64,000 bases of DNA from Tubiluchus corallicola (taxonomy: Eukaryota > Animalia > Priapulida), in NCBI GenBank assembly GCA_030141605.1, contig JAQGDQ010000617.1:62001-126000 (forward strand). Reading direction: 5' to 3'. The translations under genes and the position numbers were made by a program. Numbering within the stretch: the first letter of the stretch is position 1; the number at the start of each line of letters is the position of its first letter. The notes beneath the pieces are model-generated. The model saw only the letters and a program-made list of their open reading frames with translations. It was not told where the DNA came from and did not search any database. This document shows, piece by piece, positions 57,541 through 64,000 of this stretch.

Positions 57541-58457
57541 TGAAATTTAAAACTTGTAAAGTTGTTTAATAGTGTCCCTTTTGACCTATTTTATAACAAG
57601 GCTACATATATTATTTTTCTATATGAAATATCACATTTCAACTTAAATTTGCTCAGTAATGTTCCGGCACAGATTTATAATTAGTGTAACATCATTGTCT
57701 AGTAGACGCAGTGAACATTTAACTAAATTTCACGAATTTGGTCTTTTTTACATTGTCAAAATTCATAAGTTTGTTTCAAAAATAAAACTTAAAAAATGCA
57801 ATAGAATCAAATGCGATTAAAACAATTAATTCGCTTGGTGGACATGTAAGGTACATGGTTTTGCATAAACACGGCGTTAGTAATGCTCAGATTTCGTTTT
57901 TGTACGTTCAGTAAAAGAGAATGTTCGGTTTCCGAGTCAGTGAGTAACTGTAAAAGTATTTTATGCACTCACCTTACGAAAATAATAACAGAAAATGTCT
58001 TAAGACTGTTGACTTAAGACATGTCTTGAGAAATGTCTTAAGTAGTAAACGTTTAAGTAATAAGATTTTGATTAATAACACAGTTATTGAGTAATCATAC
58101 TTTTGTATAACTAACAGAATGATTTACATTGATAATTATTGTTTCTGGTGTCGCTTCTGTACTCTGTGAGCTTTGTGTATTTCAATTTTAAGTGTTAACT
58201 AATGAATTACTTGTGTTTTTGAACTAACTCTCTATGTAACTACATTCTTGATAACCAGTTGTATATATCTGTTCTCAACTAAGATGTATTAGTTACACAG
58301 TGGAAAAACTCCGATCAGTTAATATTACTGTATGTCAATTCACTCAAAATAAATAAAGTTTACATGTAATTATACCGACATAAGTCACTTTTTGAATGAT
58401 TTAAGTGCAAAGTAAAAGGAAGGCATCATAAAACAAGACAGTGAATTCACGGTTACC

Positions 58458-58527
58458 AATAAACGAATGAACGAACGAACGAACGAACGAACGAACGAAC
58501 GAACGAACGAACGAACGAACGAACGAA

Positions 58528-58582
<55 letters not shown>

Positions 58583-58730
58583 ATGAATGAATGAATGAAT
58601 GAATGAATAAATGAATAAATGAATGAATGAATGAATGAATGAATGAATGAATGAATGAATGAATGAATGAATGAATGAAGGAAGGAAGGAACGAATGAAT
58701 GAATGAATGAATAAATAAATGAATGAATAA

Positions 58731-58761
<31 letters not shown>

Positions 58762-58880
58762 AACGAACGAACGAACGAACGAACGAACGAACGAATGAAT
58801 GGACGAATGAATGAATGAATGAATATATGAATGAATAAACAAACAAACGAATGAACGAACGAACGAACGAACGAATGGAT
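58458..58880. repeat. Compound tetranucleotide microsatellite (GAAC/AAAT/GAAT)
   Basis: Directly visible. Confidence 0.95.
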
Positions 58881-59514
58881 GAAATTTATTTGCACTATCA
58901 ACAAAGTAATAATGCACAAATGAATAGCAAAAGTTAAAAGTGCTGGAGCAACCAGCGTTAACAAGGCAGAAAAAATCTGATGCAGAAAATCACAATCACT
59001 TTCAACTTTACCACAGTAACTCAAGGAGCCCCACAGGTTAGTAAAATAAAAGTGTTGATCATCTAAAAGTTTACAAATGAACCATACGGGTAAACTGACT
59101 ACAGTAAAATAAATATTAACTAAATTTTATGTACTTTTCAGTTCGGGAGACCATTACGATGAGTATTTTCTAAACTTTGAGAAAATCTTGAGATACAATT
59201 GCTCATAATTTGCTAATAACGTATGTATATCCTCTAATTACTTTAAAAAACTTAAATTTAGTTTAAAATAACAGCTAGGTATTAATTAATACGACAGTGC
59301 AGTGTAGAACTCTTAATTTTGTAAAATTGACTTTTTTCTATTGTTATTTTTTTTTGTTATTTTTGTTTATTTGTGATTTTTTGGCACTAATTTCTTATTA
59401 TGTTTAGATGGAATGACATGTTTTGGGTAATAAAAAGCAAAGAAAGAGCAAAATTTAACCGAGGCTTCGAATTTCTATTTGGTTCTTGAAAGCCCAAACA
59501 ATTTCAGTGAAATT

Positions 59515-59632
59515 TCAATTTTTTAAAGAGGTTTTGAATGAAGCCAATGGCGCCATGACAACGCGAGAAGGAAGAGAATTCCAAGGCGATATAATTCTAA
59601 CGATGAAAGAGTTTTGCCGTTCAATTTTGTAC
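59515..59632 (-). mobile_element. CR1-clade LINE 3' end remnant
   Basis: RQNSFIVRIISPWNSLPSRVVMAPLASFKTSL matches the CR1 terminal motif. Confidence 0.8.
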
Positions 59633-59695
<63 letters not shown>

Positions 59696-59696
59696 A

Positions 59697-59734
<38 letters not shown>

Positions 59735-60179
59735 AAATCTTTATTTGCCATTTTAAAAACATTGACCATCATAATAAAAGACAGACAATCAGTGTTAGTT
59801 CATATAAAAAACCTACACTGTTTTGGGCAACTGCGTCTGGTGCAAGCTAAACTATAAGTGCAATTAGAAATTCAAAAATGAAATATAAACTAGTTTAGTA
59901 AGGGCTAGGAAAAATGAAATTATGATTTGAGTAAGTATCATCGTGTTCGTATGTTGGATATTCAAAACGAGTCATTAAATGTTTTTTTTTTAATTTAGAC
60001 TTGAATATTGTTAAAGAGCTGCTGTGTTTTAGTGATGTCGGTAATGAATTCCAAAGTTGTATTGCTTGCTTAGTAATGGAATTCTTTCCATATTGATTGT
60101 TCGTTCTAATGTTTCTTAAATTTAGTGTTCTCTTAATCATACTGAGGTTTTTATCGTAAAGCATAGCTTTGAAGTACAT
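59633..60179 (-). mobile_element. L2/Crack-like LINE 3' end with (TAC)n tail
   Basis: RTNNQYGKNSITKQAIQLWNSLPTSLKHSSSLTIFKSKLK, then 3' UTR, AATAAA at about 59745-59740 and a (TAC)n tail. Confidence 0.75.
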
Positions 60180-60279
60180 TTAATTTGATGTATGACTCTC
60201 TTTTCACTTTTTGGTACGTAAACACATAACTTTGTGCGTGAGCATGCATATTTACATACACGCACATGCACGCACATAC

Positions 60280-60960
60280 ACATGTACACTAGCTGCACGT
60301 GTTAGCCACGAAGGAAAACATACGAGAGCAATCAGCAAACCCGCGTAAATGTGCAAAACCCCTTAAATCACCATTTTATTGTAGTTTTATGTTACGCCTT
60401 CAGCAAATTCGACAAATTACAAGTACAAACCGCGTCTAAACGGTACAAAAAGGGTTAATTCAACGGCTCATATTAGCCGAGAATATAATTTACAATAAAT
60501 GTTATCATGGCGCATTAAAAGTTGGAGTTGTTTCACACGATTTGACAATAAAATGCCCTGATTGGCGGTTCAAACGCTAGCAAAGCAGTTAAGCAGGTTT
60601 ATGAGCCAATGCTTATTAATTTATAGCGCCTAAACGAGCTGGCTCGAGATATTTGTGGCCTTGTGACCAATCATCGAACAGCAAGAAGAACGAAAGTAAT
60701 AAAACAAAAATAAACATACCTCTGCAGTTGAAGATACGTATAAACAAACATGTTGTTGTGGGATCGCTTACCAACGCGTAAGCTTGGGACAGTGCCCAGC
60801 GAATACCAGAATGATGTTGGTCACGTGACGCAGCTCGCGGCCAATCAGGCAGCGATGTTGTGCGAGGAGTAAAATCATCTGAATTTTTGCTAGGTAATAA
60901 CGCTAAATGACTAATTGCGACAGGCAGAGAAAGTTGATCCGTAAAAGCATCAGGTTCACT
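60280..60960 (-). promoter_or_regulatory. Promoter-like island, candidate distal Antp promoter
   Basis: Several CCAAT boxes (about 60561, 60606, 60667, 60841), GTCACGTGAC (60820-60829), Inr-like TCATTC (60814-60809, minus), and minus-strand donors G|GTAAGC (60771) and AG|GTATGT (60719). Confidence 0.4.
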
Positions 60961-61386
60961 TGAAATTTCAGCATAGGAACAGAAGCCGAAACGGTTTACT
61001 TAGCTTGCAGGAAAATCTGTAATTTTTTTTAATGGATGAAGCAGAAAATGTTTTGAAATTTCTCACGTTGCAACAAAAATTCTTTACGATCGATCTCTAA
61101 AATCTGCTTAATGTAGACAAATGTAACGTAAACAGCTTAATTAAATTATTATCAATAACATGAGTTTTTCATTTAGTAACTAGTCTATGGAAGCGCTCAG
61201 AATTCCTGTGTAAATGTGCTGAAAGTTGACGAAGTTTCAATGCTAAAGTTAAAATGGAGCACCAGGACAGTGTAAAAAACTTAAAAATGAGCATAGAATC
61301 AAGTCCCACATGCACGACAGAGAAGTATTATGGGAAAGGAATCTGGTGGAATGGAAGAAAGTAATACAGAATGGAATAAGTATGCA

Positions 61387-62532
61387 GAATAGAATAGAAT
61401 AGAATAGAATAGAATAGAATAGAATAGAATAGAATAGAATAGAATAGAATAGAATAGAATAGAATAGAATAGAATAGAATAGAATAGAACAGAACAGGAC
61501 AGGACAGGACAGGACAGGACAGAATAGGGACAGAATAGGACGGAATAGGGACGGAATAGAATATACATAGAATAAAATAGAACAGAATAGAATAGAATAG
61601 AATAGAATAGAATAGAATAGAATAGAATAGAATAGAATAGAATAGAATAGAATAGAATAGAATAGAATAGAATAGGACAGGACAGGACAGGATAGGACAG
61701 GACTGGAATAGGGACAGAATAGGACGGAATAGGGACGGAATAGAATAGAATAGAATAGAATAGAATAGAATAGAATAGAATAGAATAGAATAGAATAGAA
61801 TAGAATAGAATAGAATAGAATAGAACAGGACAGGACAGGACAGGACAGGACTGGACAGGACAGGACAGAATAGGGACAGAATAGGACGGAATAGGGACCG
61901 AATAGAATATACATAGAATAAAATAGAACAGAATAGAATAGAATAGAATAGAATAGAATAGAATAGAATAGAATAGAATAGAATAGAATAGAATAGAATA
62001 GAATAGAATAGAATAGAACAGGACAGGACTGGACTGGACAGGACAGGACTGGACAGGACAGGACTGGACAGGACTGGACAGGACAGGACAGAATAGGGAC
62101 AGAATAGGACGGAATAGGGACGGAATAGAATATACATAGAATAAAATAGAACAGAATAGAATAGAATAGAATAGAATAGAATAGAATAGAATAGAATAGA
62201 ATAGAATAGAATAGGACAGGACAGGACAGGATAGGACAGGACTGGAATAGGGACAGAATAGGACGGAATAGGGACGGAATAGAATAGAATAGAATAGAAT
62301 AGAATAGAATAGAATAGAATAGAATAGAATAGAATAGAATAGAATAGAATAGAATAGAATAGAATAGAGCAGAGCAGAACAGAACAGAACAGAACCGAAC
62401 CGAACCGAACCGAACCGAACAGAACAGAACAGAACACAACAGAACACAACAGAACAGAACAGAACAGAACAGAACAGAACAGATCAGAACAGAACACAAC
62501 AGAACAGAACAGAGTAGAATAGAATAATAGAA
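61387..62532. repeat. (AGAAT)n/(AGGAC)n pentamer satellite with higher-order structure
   Basis: Marker AATATACATAGAATAAAATAGAACAG recurs at about 61560, 61906 and 62129. Confidence 0.95.
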
Positions 62533-63387
62533 TACATTGGTATTAACAGTAAGTTTAAGGGCCGAGGGACCGATTATTAAGTATCCTCGTTAAGATGCCA
62601 ATAATTTCAAGACAATTTAATTAAATCAAAATGAAATTTACCCTGACAATCACTTACATATAGGAACACATAAACAACTTTTTATACTTAACATGTCAGC
62701 TTAGAAAAAAATATTGACAAAACAGCAGGAAAGAAGGCAAGACTCTTCACCTGTTAAAGTTTTATAAATTACCACGTGATTATTTTTACCTGCTAGTGTT
62801 GAGTTGGTAGCACCTCCCATCACTCCTGCTTCCTAATGAGAGGCATACCTGTACAGGTGACACTTAGACTGAATCTCATCAGTTAAGAACAGGTGGAAAG
62901 CGGCGGCGGCGTTGATTAATTTAAATAATATTTGTAACCTGTCATTTTGCACATGTTTACACAGAGCTGTACTAGTCAGACTAGACAAAATAAAACTAGT
63001 CACGTGACTAGACAAAATAAAACTAGTCACGTGGTTTAATTTGTAAAACATCCAAATGCCTTGGGCTTGCTCACGTTCTGAAATTCTAAGTTGAAATAAT
63101 TAATAGGATCGTTGATGTTAGCAACATTTGTCAAGTCTCGTGTACACAAGAAAATATGTGTTTGAATTGATTGCACATGCGTAGAAAGCGATTTTTTAAG
63201 TGTTAATAAACACGAGTTGAATCAAGTGTTACAAATCTTTGCGGAGGTTTACCGTTTTACTGTAATGTAACGTTCTGTTCTGTTCTGTTCTGTTCTGTTC
63301 TGTTCTGTTCTGTTCTGTTCTGTTCTGTTCTGTCCTATCATGTCCGGTCCTGTCTGTTTATTCTATATTATTCTATTCTATTATGTC

Positions 63388-64000
63388 CCTATTCCAGATA
63401 CTATTATTCCAGTTACAATTATTCCAGTTACTATTATTCCAGTTACTATTATTCCAGTTACAATTATTCCAGTTACAATTATTCCAGTTACTATTATTCC
63501 AGTTGTTATTATTCCAGTTGTTATTATTCCAGTTACTATTATTTCAGTTACTATTATCTCAGATACTATTATTCCAGTTGTTATTATTCCAGTTACTATT
63601 ATTCCAGTTACTATTATTCCAGACACTATTATTCCAGTTACTATTATTCCGGATACTATTATTCCAGATACTATTATTCCAGTTACTATTATTCCGGATA
63701 CTATTATTCCAAATACTATTATTCCAGACACTATTATTCCAGATACTAATATTCCAGTTGTTATTATTCCAGTTACTATTATTCCAGTTACTATTTTTCC
63801 GGATACTATTATTCCGGATACTATTATTCCAGATACCATTTTTCCAGTTGTTATTATTCCAGTTACTATTATTCAATATTATTCAGAGGATTAAGTCTCA
63901 ATTTTTCTTGTGCATTAGATGTAAGAGGTAACGCTAGCGTAGAACACATACGGACTGTAAATTTCATTAAAGAACTTATATGGGCTCTAGAACGTAATTG
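63388..64000 (+). repeat. 15-bp minisatellite with unique tail, copy 2 (runs off the window)
   Basis: Same unit-variant order and tail as 55845-56354. Confidence 0.9.

Overview
AT-rich animal (protostome) genomic DNA holding part of a Hox cluster. Two spliced homeobox genes lie on the minus strand in canonical collinear order: Antp (coding exons 35581-35038 and 26827-26592, 259 aa) upstream of a ftz/Lox5-type gene (14205-13752 and 10399-10113, 246 aa). The N-terminal Antp motifs (SSYF, YPRFPPFDRL, YSSCKLQ) resemble arthropod Antp, so an ecdysozoan is plausible, but the taxon cannot be fixed from this window. Both genes have non-canonical hexapeptides: Antp has a labial-like IYKWM and the ftz-like gene has FSWI. 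The rest is intron and intergenic DNA crowded with microsatellites, minisatellites, non-autonomous DNA transposons (hAT-, piggyBac-, Kolobok-, Tc1-like), LINE/SINE remnants and short GC-richer islands with regulatory-looking motifs. Nearly all other ORF-track entries are repeat artefacts. Main leads: (1) an inverted-repeat element family with a degenerate minimal hammerhead ribozyme in each arm (Penelope-like); (2) eight CTCF-like motifs whose orientation flips at ftz and at Antp exon 1; (3) Caudal-like and FTZ-F1-like sites upstream of ftz; (4) a splice acceptor and uORF-rich leader for Antp, with a candidate distal promoter/first exon about 25 kb upstream. All motif and family assignments were made by eye, without alignments or searches.
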